This document shows positions 28,163-38,023 of a DNA stretch of 53,744 bases, one piece after another. A model generated the notes under the pieces. The model was not told the DNA's origin, ran no database searches, and saw only the letters and a program-made list of their open reading frames with translations. Origin of the DNA: a virus (taxonomy: Duplodnaviria; Caudoviricetes); the IMG/VR virus record IMGVR_UViG_3300022900_000014, positions 1 to 53,744 of that record; one strand, 5' to 3'. Position 1 is the stretch's first letter. Every line of letters begins with the position of its first letter. Made by a program: the position numbers and the translations under genes.

Positions 28163-28381
28163 CTAAGCAGCGCTTGCCGCTTTCAATTTGATTGTATCGA
28201 TGATACGTCCTTCAACTCTTTCTTTGAGTTCAGGTATATCCATCATAGCACCAGCTAAAAAGCTAATTAGGTAGCCACGATCAAAGATGTCATTAACATT
28301 TCTGTTGGTTGAAATTGCATCTAGCATTCCTTGAACAAGAGCTTCATTTTCAGAATGATAATCGTTGTAAGTTTTAGTCAT
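28163..28381 (-). CDS. Hypothetical protein
   Basis: AAGGA RBS. Confidence 0.65.
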   Translation of the reverse strand: MTKTYNDYHSENEALVQGMLDAISTNRNVNDIFDRGYLISFLAGAMMDIPELKERVEGRIIDTIKLKAASAA

Positions 28382-28399
28382 AATATATTCCTTATCAAA

Positions 28400-28672
28400 T
28401 TAATAAATGTAAACGTCATATGAACTAGCATTTGCTAATCCACCGACTACGTTTCCACAGTAGTCGTACGAGAGAGTGCGGGTTTTCCCAGTGTAGATGT
28501 TGTGAACTTCTTTCTTCACGATCGGTCTACGACCACGGACAACCACACGCTTTGTGTCCCTAGCAAGTTCGTTCATCATACGAACTGTTTTTCTAAGCAT
28601 CTCGAGAGTCTGCATATCGTTAGCAGACATTGGATCGAGAGTAGTAACATAGCTATTAGAAATTCTTTTCAT
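28400..28672 (-). CDS. Hypothetical protein
   Basis: GGAG RBS before MKRISN (track gives 28771). Confidence 0.6.
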   Translation of the reverse strand: MKRISNSYVTTLDPMSANDMQTLEMLRKTVRMMNELARDTKRVVVRGRRPIVKKEVHNIYTGKTRTLSYDYCGNVVGGLANASSYDVYIY

Positions 28673-28673
28673 T

Positions 28674-28931
28674 TTAGGCACTCCAAAAAGTTTCAGAAGA
28701 AGGTGAGCAGTAATAAGGAGTATCTGAACGCTCCATGAACTTTTCACCAGATAAGAGGTTTGTCTTTTCAACCATTTTTACAATGTTGCTTTCGAACTCT
28801 TCAACCGAGACAACCTCGTAGACGTTGTTTGAATTTTTGTTTGCAGCCGCTCGGGCAATCTTAGCACCGCGGAGAGTCTCAAAGGTGCGCTTGTCTGAAT
28901 GTCGATCAACGTTGAACATAATGTAGGTCAT
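28674..28931 (-). CDS. Hypothetical early protein
   Basis: First ATG downstream of promoter cassette 2 (MTYIMF). Confidence 0.65.
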   Translation of the reverse strand: MTYIMFNVDRHSDKRTFETLRGAKIARAAANKNSNNVYEVVSVEEFESNIVKMVEKTNLLSGEKFMERSDTPYYCSPSSETFWSA

Positions 28932-28962
28932 AATCTTGTCTCTTTGCTTATTTTGTATGGTA

Positions 28963-29152
28963 ATTATACCCCATCCAGACGAGAATGTACAATTTATTTT
29001 CTCCATAGAAATCAACCACTTAGAAAACTGAATTCCTAAGTGGTTGATTTATAAAGAGATTTAAATTGTAACAAATTGTAACTTTTTGCAATATATTTTC
29101 TCTATGTAAATCAATAACTTAAAATGGCTAAATCCTAAGTTATTGATTTATA
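28963..29152 (-). promoter_or_regulatory. Promoter cassette 2 (two inverted IHF-consensus pairs)
   Basis: -10 at 28963, -35 at 28986; pairs at 29009/29036 and 29108/29135. Confidence 0.85.
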
Positions 29153-29165
29153 AGGGCCTCAAATG

Positions 29166-29594
29166 TTACATCTCTGACGTCTCTGTTAGAATAACTCGGT
29201 TTTTGAGGTGCTGTTCTACAATGTCATCTTTACTTTGGCCGTGATATGGGACAGCTAGGTGCTTTTCAATCATCAGTTTGGTGAGATCAACATAACGATC
29301 TTTCTCTGTGTCGTATACAGAGAAGTCTCCTAAGATACGTCCAAACTTACCCCGATCATCCTTAAAGGTCTTTAGTGTGACATATTCGCCAACCTTAAGA
29401 AAGCCCTTAACAAAATCTTTAGACATGTTTCCATAGATCTTTTCTACTTCATCACTTGTACGACTTTCAGGAGTATCAATTCCCATAAAGCGTACGCGTT
29501 GTTTTTTTAGTACTATGTCAAATCCAAGTTCGATATCCACATCTGCGGTATCTCCATCAACTACCTTAAGCACTTTTGCTTTATATTCGTACAT
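29166..29594 (-). CDS. Thermonuclease (SNase-like)
   Basis: VVDGDT, RFMGIDTPE, KFGRILG. Confidence 0.88.
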   Translation of the reverse strand: MYEYKAKVLKVVDGDTADVDIELGFDIVLKKQRVRFMGIDTPESRTSDEVEKIYGNMSKDFVKGFLKVGEYVTLKTFKDDRGKFGRILGDFSVYDTEKDRYVDLTKLMIEKHLAVPYHGQSKDDIVEQHLKNRVILTETSEM

Positions 29595-29596
29595 CG

Positions 29597-29809
29597 TTAC
29601 ACCTCTTCTTTTTCTAATATTTTAATTAAATGTTCCCTTATTTGATCATGTGATGGGGTTATACTTGGTTTGATATAATCTATTGTTGCAGTAATTCCTA
29701 AAGCTAATCCGACATCAAATGAGGTTCTTTGTTCTCGCTTAGCTATACCATATACGCTAAGTAGCCACCAAATAAACATTACGCCTATCATCCATAGATC
29801 TAAATACAT
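29597..29809 (-). CDS. Small membrane protein
   Basis: Hydrophobic N-terminus. Confidence 0.55.
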   Translation of the reverse strand: MYLDLWMIGVMFIWWLLSVYGIAKREQRTSFDVGLALGITATIDYIKPSITPSHDQIREHLIKILEKEEV

Positions 29810-29811
29810 TA

Positions 29812-30285
29812 TTATATCCTATACTCAAAATTGACGGTTGTTTCATTTGTCTTCAGTTCAATTGCACCATTAGACAAATGAAATTTTCTAGCTAAATCAG
29901 TTTTAGGGCTAAGCGTAAGTATTCGATTTACGTTACTATAGGTTTCCCTTATATGCTCAACTGTCTTTAGAGCAAGGTTTCTACCGGCACGTGGCACATA
30001 ACTCCATATAGTATAAAGATGCGCGTATGTGTTTTCTGTTTCAAGCTCTGAGAAAGAAAACAAATCAATTTCATCTTCTGCTAATACATTATTTATAGCA
30101 ACACAAACTATAGCCGCAATTTCTTTCGATCTGCCTTGATCATCGTTTGTAAGATAATACGTGTGTCTATTGCCCGTATATCGAACAAGTTTTGGAATGT
30201 GTGGGCGTACTGGATCTTCTTCTAGCTTTAAAAAAGCTTCGTAGTCTAAACCGATGCCATCTGGCCAAGTGATTTCATGAAACAT
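29812..30285 (-). CDS. Hypothetical protein, possible GNAT-like fold
   Basis: YTIWSY...GAGR-like motif, ARKFHLSNGA. Confidence 0.55.
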   Translation of the reverse strand: MFHEITWPDGIGLDYEAFLKLEEDPVRPHIPKLVRYTGNRHTYYLTNDDQGRSKEIAAIVCVAINNVLAEDEIDLFSFSELETENTYAHLYTIWSYVPRAGRNLALKTVEHIRETYSNVNRILTLSPKTDLARKFHLSNGAIELKTNETTVNFEYRI

Positions 30286-30482
30286 TAGATTACCTTAATA
30301 CCTTCTGCCCAATTCTCCGCAGCTGAGACTACATAACTTAAATGCTTACCAGGAAATTCTTCTTTCTGAATAAGCTTACCTGATTTATAATACTCTAACT
30401 TAAATATGTTACCTTCATTAATTACATGAACGCGCATATCAGGATCTTCATTATGCCACAACGAATACATTATACTAGACAT
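30285..30482 (-). CDS. Hypothetical protein
   Basis: Coupled ORF. Confidence 0.6.
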   Translation of the reverse strand: MSSIMYSLWHNEDPDMRVHVINEGNIFKLEYYKSGKLIQKEEFPGKHLSYVVSAAENWAEGIKVI

Positions 30483-31176
30483 ATTCTTCTCCTGCCAGTT
30501 CGCGAATCATAGGAAAAACTTTAGCAATCTCAGCCGCACACTCTCTTGCAATCTGGATGTGTTCCTTCTGAGTACCATTTGATGAGCGCAATTCTATATA
30601 ATGAACCCATGAACGTAACGTACCATTTACATACATTCTAGATATAGTATTGCCTTCCGGTAAAACCGCTCTGGCTTGTTCTTTCGCAATACCGTTTTCA
30701 ATAGCCCAGCGATACGCCATCTTTGCTTCATGTATTACTTGGTACTGAATTGCTTGCCAATCTTTTTGTAGTTGTTGCCCTTCTGGACCAGATAGCTCAT
30801 CGATGTCTATAGAGTTTTGACGGTTCGATGTATCTTGCAAACGTGCTTCACGCAACGTAAAATCTAAGTCTTCAGTTGGATCAGCATAACGTTGACTAAA
30901 CTCCTGAAAACTAAAACTACGATGGCGGAGTATCTGGCGTGCAATATCACGCGTAGTTTCAATTTCAACACAAGCTGACACCATTTCTAATGGAGACCAA
31001 TGCTTATGCTTAATAAGATACTTAACTAGCTTCTCGGCTGTCTTTGGATTACTTTGATTTGCGGGATTAGATACCCTAGCACAAAACGCAATAAGTTCTA
31101 GCAGACTTTTCTTATCAGGGTATTCTATATCAGGATCAACTGGAACCTGTGAATAGTTAATTAGTTTTGCTGTCAT
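30475..31176 (-). CDS. thyX: Flavin-dependent thymidylate synthase
   Basis: RHRSFSFQEFSQRY signature; EQARAVLP. Confidence 0.96.
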   Translation of the reverse strand: MTAKLINYSQVPVDPDIEYPDKKSLLELIAFCARVSNPANQSNPKTAEKLVKYLIKHKHWSPLEMVSACVEIETTRDIARQILRHRSFSFQEFSQRYADPTEDLDFTLREARLQDTSNRQNSIDIDELSGPEGQQLQKDWQAIQYQVIHEAKMAYRWAIENGIAKEQARAVLPEGNTISRMYVNGTLRSWVHYIELRSSNGTQKEHIQIARECAAEIAKVFPMIRELAGEEYV

Positions 31177-32546
31177 ACTCTAAAGCCCTCAAATTTAGAT
31201 GGATTGTTATTCACATATGAAGTATTCTGATTAGTCTGATTTGAATCTACAAGATTCTGCGCTGACTGTTCAACATCAAATAGCTTCATCTTACTACGAT
31301 CAACGCCTATAATAAAGCGTTTGTTTGAGCTTGGATCATTATATCTATTCTTCAATTGCTTAACTAGTATTTGTCCAAGGTTTTCAAGCTCTTCGTTACT
31401 AATCAATGCAAACATTAAGTCAGCTGTTGCGGGTAGACCGAATGATTCTGATGTATCTTCTAGACCGACGTCTGAGTTAGAAAAGCCAGAACGTGTTGTT
31501 TGTGTTGCAGACACAATAGGAACATTAAACTCAACTGCAAGACCACGAATTTCTTCAGCGATTGCTTTGATGTATGAGTAAGAGTTAATTGCTCCGCCCA
31601 TACCTTTCATTCGAGATGAAGAACAAATATTAAGATAGTCGATAAAAACAATATCAGGCTTAAAGTTTTTCTTTAGCTGAAGCTCTTTGAGCAATGCCCT
31701 GAAATGTCCAACATGAGCTGCACCAGTAGGATATTCTTTAATGATCAATTTGCCTTGGAACCGATCTGCAATATTACCTACCTTCGAAGTAAACATTTCT
31801 TTTGATAGGTTAGGTAACTGATCAATCGCAACATTCAATAAGTTTGCATCGATACGTTCAGCAATCTTTTCTTCTGCCATTTCCATAGTAATGTATAATG
31901 CGTTCTTCCCTTGAGCAAGAACAGATCCAGCAACATGACACATGAACAGCGATTTACCTACACCAGTACCAGCAAGAGCTATATTCAAAGTCTTCTTAGG
32001 TAGTCCACCTTTCGTAATCTGATTAAAGTAATCTAGATCGAATGGAATCTTTTCTTCGACTTTATGATAGAAGTCATACCGCTCTTCTATGTCATTCGTA
32101 TAGTCATGACCAACGTGTGTATCAAATGCAATTGATAAAGCATTCTGTAATAACTCTGGCAATGCATTCTTTGTTAGCTCTGGATCTTTACCGTCAATGA
32201 TAGAGATTGATTTCATGATAGCAAGATGTATTGCACGATCTTGACACCACTTTTCGGTTTGCTCAAGCAACCAAGAAAGATCAGGCTTTTCTTCAGAAGT
32301 AGACAATTCATTAATCAACGTGCTAATATCAGTATACATGTTATCACTGAGATTGACATCGTCGAGTTGAATCTTTAGCGTTTCGACTGTAGGTAATTTA
32401 TTGTACTTTGTAACAAAGGATAAGATAAGATCGAAGGTGATTTTATGCTCACCTTCGAAATATTCTTTCTTTAAGAAAGGAACTACTTTACGTGTAAAAT
32501 CATCATTAGTTAATAGATTTCGTAAAATTGTCGTCTGGATTGTCAT
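31173..32546 (-). CDS. 41: Replicative DNA helicase (T4 gp41)
   Basis: AGTGVGKS, EMAEE, IDYLNIC, SESFGLP, KQLKNRY. Confidence 0.95.
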   Translation of the reverse strand: MTIQTTILRNLLTNDDFTRKVVPFLKKEYFEGEHKITFDLILSFVTKYNKLPTVETLKIQLDDVNLSDNMYTDISTLINELSTSEEKPDLSWLLEQTEKWCQDRAIHLAIMKSISIIDGKDPELTKNALPELLQNALSIAFDTHVGHDYTNDIEERYDFYHKVEEKIPFDLDYFNQITKGGLPKKTLNIALAGTGVGKSLFMCHVAGSVLAQGKNALYITMEMAEEKIAERIDANLLNVAIDQLPNLSKEMFTSKVGNIADRFQGKLIIKEYPTGAAHVGHFRALLKELQLKKNFKPDIVFIDYLNICSSSRMKGMGGAINSYSYIKAIAEEIRGLAVEFNVPIVSATQTTRSGFSNSDVGLEDTSESFGLPATADLMFALISNEELENLGQILVKQLKNRYNDPSSNKRFIIGVDRSKMKLFDVEQSAQNLVDSNQTNQNTSYVNNNPSKFEGFRV

Positions 32547-32895
32547 TGTTTTCCTTATTACCAATTGCGTAATTATCATTATCTAAAGCTTCAGTAATAA
32601 TACATTGAAGCATATCACCTAGATAGTTATTAAAGTCACTATCTGATTCTAAAAAAGTTTCATCAATACCAGAAGGAGCTTTATTAACAACGTACTCAAA
32701 AGATAGTGTTGCTTCATCTATGTCTGGATTAGTAGGTTCAGTTATTGCTATTTTTCCGTACGTGATGACTGTCCCAGAGTACTTACCCGTTAATATTTTG
32801 AATGAGTCATGATTAGAATTTTCAATAAATTCGATTCGTTCATAGTCATGTGTAGATATATTATACACTATATTCCCCTTCTTGTACAACATCAA
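32506..32895 (-). CDS. Hypothetical protein in the T4 gp40 position
   Basis: Lies between uvsX and 41; start may be GTG at 32868. Confidence 0.55.
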   Translation of the reverse strand: MMLYKKGNIVYNISTHDYERIEFIENSNHDSFKILTGKYSGTVITYGKIAITEPTNPDIDEATLSFEYVVNKAPSGIDETFLESDSDFNNYLGDMLQCIITEALDNDNYAIGNKENNDNPDDNFTKSIN

Positions 32896-33922
32896 CGCCT
32901 TCTATTTCAGAACGATAACCAATAGTATAGTGCTTCTTCACGAATTCTTTGAAGTCTTCATTAGCAAGGATTGGATCCCAGAATTCTGCAGTTAGCGTTT
33001 GTGCTTCACGAACTTTCGGTTCAATCATTTCACCTGTCTTTTTATCAATAGCTTGATACCAACCATTAGAAGGTTTAACAACATATCCACCAGCCATACC
33101 AACTTCAAGTAAGCCAGAGTATTTTTCTACGCCACCTTCCCATGATACTGTAACAGGAACCTTAGACTTTTCTTTTACGAATCGTGACTTTTCAACGTTG
33201 ATTACAAAGTCATATCCAGTTACTTCAGTACCTTTCTTATTTTGACGACGACCAAGAATCCATATAGTATCGGCAGAATAATAAATGCCTGTACCACCAG
33301 AAACAACAGCTTTAGGGAAGAGTCCAATCTCTTGATAAGTATGATTCACAGCAAGCATCGGAATATCTTTCATAGTCAAATAAGGAGTTGACATACGGAA
33401 GAGACCTTTGAGTGCTTTAGCACGAGACATATCAGCTACAGACTTTTCATTCATAGCATCTTCAAGTTCTTTCTTCGATGCAAGGTTACCGATAGAGTCA
33501 ATAACAACTATGACTTTATCTTCACGATCGATGGCTTCAAGCTGATTGATTAGATCGAATTTTAGTTCTTCAACGTTTGTGATAGGAGTATGAAGTACAC
33601 GAGAAACATCGATACCGAACGATTCGAAATACGCTTGAGGAGAACCAAACTCTGAATCATAAAACAACATAATAGAATCTGGATACTTTTGCATATATGC
33701 ACCTGCCATAAGTAACGCAAAAGAAGTTTTGAAATGCTTAGATGGACCAGCAAGAACTGTAAGACCAGGAGTTAATCCACCATCGACAGAACCAGAAAGC
33801 GCTACGTTTATCATAGGCACTTCAGTTGTAATCATATCCTTTTCAGCAAAGAATTTCGATTTTGAAAGAACTTCGGTATTAGCTAGCTTAGAGTTCTTTT
33901 TGAGTTTATCCATTATAGACAT
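32861..33922 (-). CDS. uvsX: RecA-like recombinase UvsX
   Basis: GPSKHFKT, YDSEFG, DSIGNLAS, SGGTG. Confidence 0.95.
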   Translation of the reverse strand: MSIMDKLKKNSKLANTEVLSKSKFFAEKDMITTEVPMINVALSGSVDGGLTPGLTVLAGPSKHFKTSFALLMAGAYMQKYPDSIMLFYDSEFGSPQAYFESFGIDVSRVLHTPITNVEELKFDLINQLEAIDREDKVIVVIDSIGNLASKKELEDAMNEKSVADMSRAKALKGLFRMSTPYLTMKDIPMLAVNHTYQEIGLFPKAVVSGGTGIYYSADTIWILGRRQNKKGTEVTGYDFVINVEKSRFVKEKSKVPVTVSWEGGVEKYSGLLEVGMAGGYVVKPSNGWYQAIDKKTGEMIEPKVREAQTLTAEFWDPILANEDFKEFVKKHYTIGYRSEIEGVDVVQEGEYSV

Positions 33923-33952
33923 TGCATTTACCTTTATTTGTAATGATAGTAT

Positions 33953-33981
33953 ATTATACCATGAATTCGTCTAATTGTACA
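33953..33981 (-). promoter_or_regulatory. Sigma70-like promoter of uvsX
   Basis: TGTACA-N17-TATAAT. Confidence 0.75.
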
Positions 33982-34997
33982 CCGCTATTCTTTGGTGCAC
34001 CTTGCCTCTGTTCCCATCCAGAGTTCCATCCAGAATTGTTAGTAATTGTAGAAGGAACATGATCAAATGTATTATCAGAACGAGGGACATAGTTCTGACC
34101 AAATCTTACGAAGTCACACATAACATCTTCATTATCACGTGGCGCTCCACCTATACGCTCACACAGCAGATCCATGAATTCGTCTGTAGTATAACCAGAA
34201 GATAAAACTTTCATGCATCGTACAGCGTTATTACCAAAATATCCGTGGGACATATCATCCACAAGATCTTTATGATAATCACCTAGATCATATGAAAAAG
34301 CAGCATAGACAAAGTTAAATCGCTTATGACCTTCTCGAACGTTATGTTCATTCAAATAGTCGACGACTTGTTTGTGTGTTTTCTTTTCTCCAGCATGAAG
34401 CCAATCGATAAGCTCATCAAGAAGCTTAGGTAGCTCATCTGTCATAAAGTCAACGCAAGATACTCCTTTACGTGGACTCGGTGGTTGGTTACCAATAGAA
34501 GTAAACAACGCTTGGCCAGACGCTTTGCGTCGCTTAAGATCTTCTATCATTTCATCGATTGATGATAGCTTACCCCAATACTGAATTGCGTTATTACGAT
34601 AACCATGATCTCGCGTGAACGATGCACCTGAACCAGTTGTTCTATGGCACATATACGCAAACAGCCACGTTTTCAGATCCCATGTATCAGTAATATATGA
34701 GTCAACCAAGTCCCAATGATTCTTACCGAGTGAGGAATTATTTAACTGATGATGACGCTTTGGAGTATCTGATCTGTACTTTAAGTCCTGGAGTACGTTA
34801 GAAAATCCAGCAGCATTACGAGAGAAACAATCGTAGATATCTATCTGTTGCATAAGAGGGTCATTGACTGCAGCATTTGCTTCAGGACCAACGTATGACA
34901 GTTTTCCCCAGTTACAATTCTCTTGTAACCATTTAGCACGAGGATAATAATAATGTACTAATACGTCTAATGCTTCTTCATTTAGCCACTTTGCCAT
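33954..34997 (-). CDS. Putative aGPT-PPlase / HhH-fold DNA base hypermodification protein
   Basis: F...YDL, GNNAVRCM and EDVMCDFVRF resemble aGPT-PPlase motifs; gene context; start set at MAKW (track gives 35039). Confidence 0.5.
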   Translation of the reverse strand: MAKWLNEEALDVLVHYYYPRAKWLQENCNWGKLSYVGPEANAAVNDPLMQQIDIYDCFSRNAAGFSNVLQDLKYRSDTPKRHHQLNNSSLGKNHWDLVDSYITDTWDLKTWLFAYMCHRTTGSGASFTRDHGYRNNAIQYWGKLSSIDEMIEDLKRRKASGQALFTSIGNQPPSPRKGVSCVDFMTDELPKLLDELIDWLHAGEKKTHKQVVDYLNEHNVREGHKRFNFVYAAFSYDLGDYHKDLVDDMSHGYFGNNAVRCMKVLSSGYTTDEFMDLLCERIGGAPRDNEDVMCDFVRFGQNYVPRSDNTFDHVPSTITNNSGWNSGWEQRQGAPKNSGVQLDEFMV

Positions 34998-35938
34998 TAC
35001 TGAAAGAAATCCTCTAGTGTTGTTTCTGCTATACCCCAATTTTTTCTGCGATAAACTTCTGGACTCAGATGAACTGACTTAGGCTTCTCCATCTTTTCAT
35101 TTGCGTATTGCTCTGGATTCATTCTATACCATTCATCAGGAGCTTTGACAATATTCACTGAGTTATATAACATATACTCATAGATATCATCCACCAAGGC
35201 GGAACGTTCTTCATGCGATCCCCAAAATGGTTGGTCCTTATAGTATCCAGTCTTCGGTAGCTTTCTCCCTTCAAACTCGATTGGCCATGGTAATGAATAC
35301 TCGACTTCTATACCTAAGCTATTACCAAACTCAAAGAGAGCATCGTACATCGCTACCCAATCGCTATTCACACGTAAGAAATGATGACGAACATCTATAT
35401 TGCCTAAACTAATCGTTACACCTTTCCATGGCTTCTTATCAATATGATGACGAAGATATTCAAAGTTTGTTTTTACTTGATTGAAGAGTGTAGTGCCATC
35501 TTGTTTTACAACAGCACTATTGTTTCGTGAATACGCAGCGGTATGGCTATCACCAACAGCTAACCAATCAAAATTAAGATCAGACGAAACTAAAGTTTTT
35601 GCAGTAGATAACTTTGCAGTGATACGATCGCACCATGCCTTGTCTACTACATCCTTACGCTTCTTTAGCATTCCACCATAGTCAGGCATATCAATATCAA
35701 GAGAGATGATCTCATTGGCCTGGAGTAGGTTATTAATGCTAGCTTCAAGCTCTTCATCAAATCCACCAAATAGATTTAATGAACCACCGAAGTTTGCTCC
35801 ATGCAAAAGATAAACCTTGGAGTGAGCTTGATTACTAAAATCGATTTCTACTCCAAGGTTTTCTGACCAAGTTCTTGCCCAACCAAAGCTGTGGCTATTT
35901 TTCTTTTGTGCTATTTTTGTAAATGATCCAACTATCAT
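34997..35938 (-). CDS. SGNH/GDSL-fold protein with N-terminal domain resembling T4 beta-glucosyltransferase
   Basis: GDSH, GNID, SVHL blocks; SLNLFGG...DIDMP. Confidence 0.55.
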   Translation of the reverse strand: MIVGSFTKIAQKKNSHSFGWARTWSENLGVEIDFSNQAHSKVYLLHGANFGGSLNLFGGFDEELEASINNLLQANEIISLDIDMPDYGGMLKKRKDVVDKAWCDRITAKLSTAKTLVSSDLNFDWLAVGDSHTAAYSRNNSAVVKQDGTTLFNQVKTNFEYLRHHIDKKPWKGVTISLGNIDVRHHFLRVNSDWVAMYDALFEFGNSLGIEVEYSLPWPIEFEGRKLPKTGYYKDQPFWGSHEERSALVDDIYEYMLYNSVNIVKAPDEWYRMNPEQYANEKMEKPKSVHLSPEVYRRKNWGIAETTLEDFFQ

Positions 35939-36840
35939 TCCAGATTCTTATCCCAATCACGGTAACTATCAATGCGTTCATAAATTGTTTCATCGTGGAC
36001 TGGCGGCTCACAACCAACGTTCCAAAATAAAATATCTCTTCCGCTGTTCTTAGGTATATATGGCCACGCCTTTGCATCATATTGTGCAATGCATGGGAAT
36101 GGAGGCATTTGTTCCTGTTTTAACGGCGCGGTGAAGGCTAGCGGATGGCTTATGATTCGGTCATGTCCAACTTCACCAGCCTTCATGTTGCGAGCAACCG
36201 CAACGCCATAAAACTTTGCATTCGGCCATGCGATCTGCAATGACCGATGTAATACTCCAGTTGATAAGACTGTCCACACTTCTTCTGGTTCAGGAATTTG
36301 AGATGCAGTCTTTACAAACCCTGCAGTGACTAATTCATGCTTTAATCCTAATGGCACAAAGAATGCGTTAGGATTTTCATCTGCCCACTTCTTAGCAATT
36401 AGGTTTAGATTAGGCATCGCAGCAATACGATGGAAACTTACTTCTGCACCCTGTTCAATACATGCAGCTTGATGCGCACTGATCTTTTTAGAAGAAGGCA
36501 TGAATAGACGTACCTTCTTATTATGACGTTTTGCAACGTTAAGCAAAGATACACCGGCAAGTCCAAACCGTGGCTGAACATATACGATTGTATCGATATG
36601 CTCTGGTAGACTACTAATTAAGCAATCACCACCACGAATCTTTGAACCGACAATTAAGTCATCACGAACAACACGAACACCTTCATAAGTTTCAATAACA
36701 GGTGCAGGATTTGGATCCGTCCAATCTCCTGCAAGGTCAAGATAATACTTACGAGCATCTTCACGGCCGAAGACACCTTCCATAATTAAGCCATCAACAT
36801 CCTTATTGATATTATCGATAACGTGTTTATTATGCGACAT
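35935..36840 (-). CDS. PLP-dependent enzyme, fold type II (Trp synthase beta/cysteine synthase-like)
   Basis: VVRDD...GSKIR (Schiff-base Lys), STG phosphate loop, FWNVG. Confidence 0.8.
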   Translation of the reverse strand: MSHNKHVIDNINKDVDGLIMEGVFGREDARKYYLDLAGDWTDPNPAPVIETYEGVRVVRDDLIVGSKIRGGDCLISSLPEHIDTIVYVQPRFGLAGVSLLNVAKRHNKKVRLFMPSSKKISAHQAACIEQGAEVSFHRIAAMPNLNLIAKKWADENPNAFFVPLGLKHELVTAGFVKTASQIPEPEEVWTVLSTGVLHRSLQIAWPNAKFYGVAVARNMKAGEVGHDRIISHPLAFTAPLKQEQMPPFPCIAQYDAKAWPYIPKNSGRDILFWNVGCEPPVHDETIYERIDSYRDWDKNLE

Positions 36841-37275
36841 CTATTCTATCAATTCCCATTCAATTCCAGCTTCTTCAAACATTTGTATAGTTAACGCAAA
36901 TGATGCATTCCATCTCTTTGGAACACCATCGCAACGCATCACTACACGCTTTATACCAGTCTGAATAATTCCTTTAGCACATTCTGAACACACAGGAAGT
37001 CCTGTAACATATAACGTAGAACCATCAAGTGAAACTCCATTATATGTAGCATTATAGATCACATTCATTTCTGCATGCACTACATAGGTATACTTAGTTT
37101 CCTTATCGTTATACCGTTCTTTGCTATCGTCAATACCTCGAGGAAAGCCATTGTAACCTTGAGACAATATTTGTCCTTTGCTTCCAACAGCTACAGCACC
37201 GATTTTACGAGATGGATCCTTTGACCAAGAAGAAACATTTTCAGCTAGGTCTAGATATCGATTGTCCCACGTCAT
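36841..37275 (-). CDS. cd: dCMP deaminase
   Basis: SKDPS, GYNGFPRG, HAEMN, PVCSEC. Confidence 0.93.
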   Translation of the reverse strand: MTWDNRYLDLAENVSSWSKDPSRKIGAVAVGSKGQILSQGYNGFPRGIDDSKERYNDKETKYTYVVHAEMNVIYNATYNGVSLDGSTLYVTGLPVCSECAKGIIQTGIKRVVMRCDGVPKRWNASFALTIQMFEEAGIEWELIE

Positions 37276-37278
37276 ATA

Positions 37279-38022
37279 TTAATCCCAAAGATTTTGATAG
37301 TACTTTCCAAAGAGCCTAAAACCATTTTGAATTCTTGCTTCATACGCTTTACGCCCTTCCCAATCATACACTTTAGTATGATTAGGTCCTTCTATGAGTT
37401 GACTATTACCACCTTCCAGTTTCTTCCAAGCCATATCCCATTCACCAGACTCAAACTGATCTTCCCATTCATCATTAACTTTGCATTCAAACGCAAAGAT
37501 CATTTCGTTAAGTACCCAGTTCCATTGATCTTCACCAATTGAAATATCTTCTGGATTACAAACTTTGTTATTAAATAAACTAAGCTGTGAACTATATTCA
37601 TCGTTGTGATCAATAAGTCTTAGATTTTCAGGTACATCTTCAATATCAACATGAGAATACCCATGTTTACTATCGCGTAACTGCTTGAGCATAGGAAGCG
37701 CAATAAGAGCAAGGGTATTATCCATACTCCAAGTGTCCCAGCGATCAATATGTATTTCAATCTTTTGCTTCTTCTTGCTGTCAATCCAACTTAGAAAGTT
37801 ATATAGCCAAGTGTGTGGACGATCTCCCCATTTTTGAATTTCACCTAATTCTGGTTCAGGCTCTATACTACCGTGAGCAAGCCACTCGCCAAAGTGGTGT
37901 ACACGATCAGCAGGCTGCTCAAACCCATACTCATCTTTTTCCTTTGGTACCCAAAACATCAACTTTTCAGCCAGTTGATAAGGACCAAACCAATCTTTAT
38001 AAGGACCAATATAGACTTTCAT
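37279..38022 (-). CDS. Trp-rich hypothetical protein
   Basis: DTWSMD...GFRLFGKYYQNLWD. Confidence 0.7.
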   Translation of the reverse strand: MKVYIGPYKDWFGPYQLAEKLMFWVPKEKDEYGFEQPADRVHHFGEWLAHGSIEPEPELGEIQKWGDRPHTWLYNFLSWIDSKKKQKIEIHIDRWDTWSMDNTLALIALPMLKQLRDSKHGYSHVDIEDVPENLRLIDHNDEYSSQLSLFNNKVCNPEDISIGEDQWNWVLNEMIFAFECKVNDEWEDQFESGEWDMAWKKLEGGNSQLIEGPNHTKVYDWEGRKAYEARIQNGFRLFGKYYQNLWD

Positions 38023-38023
38023 A

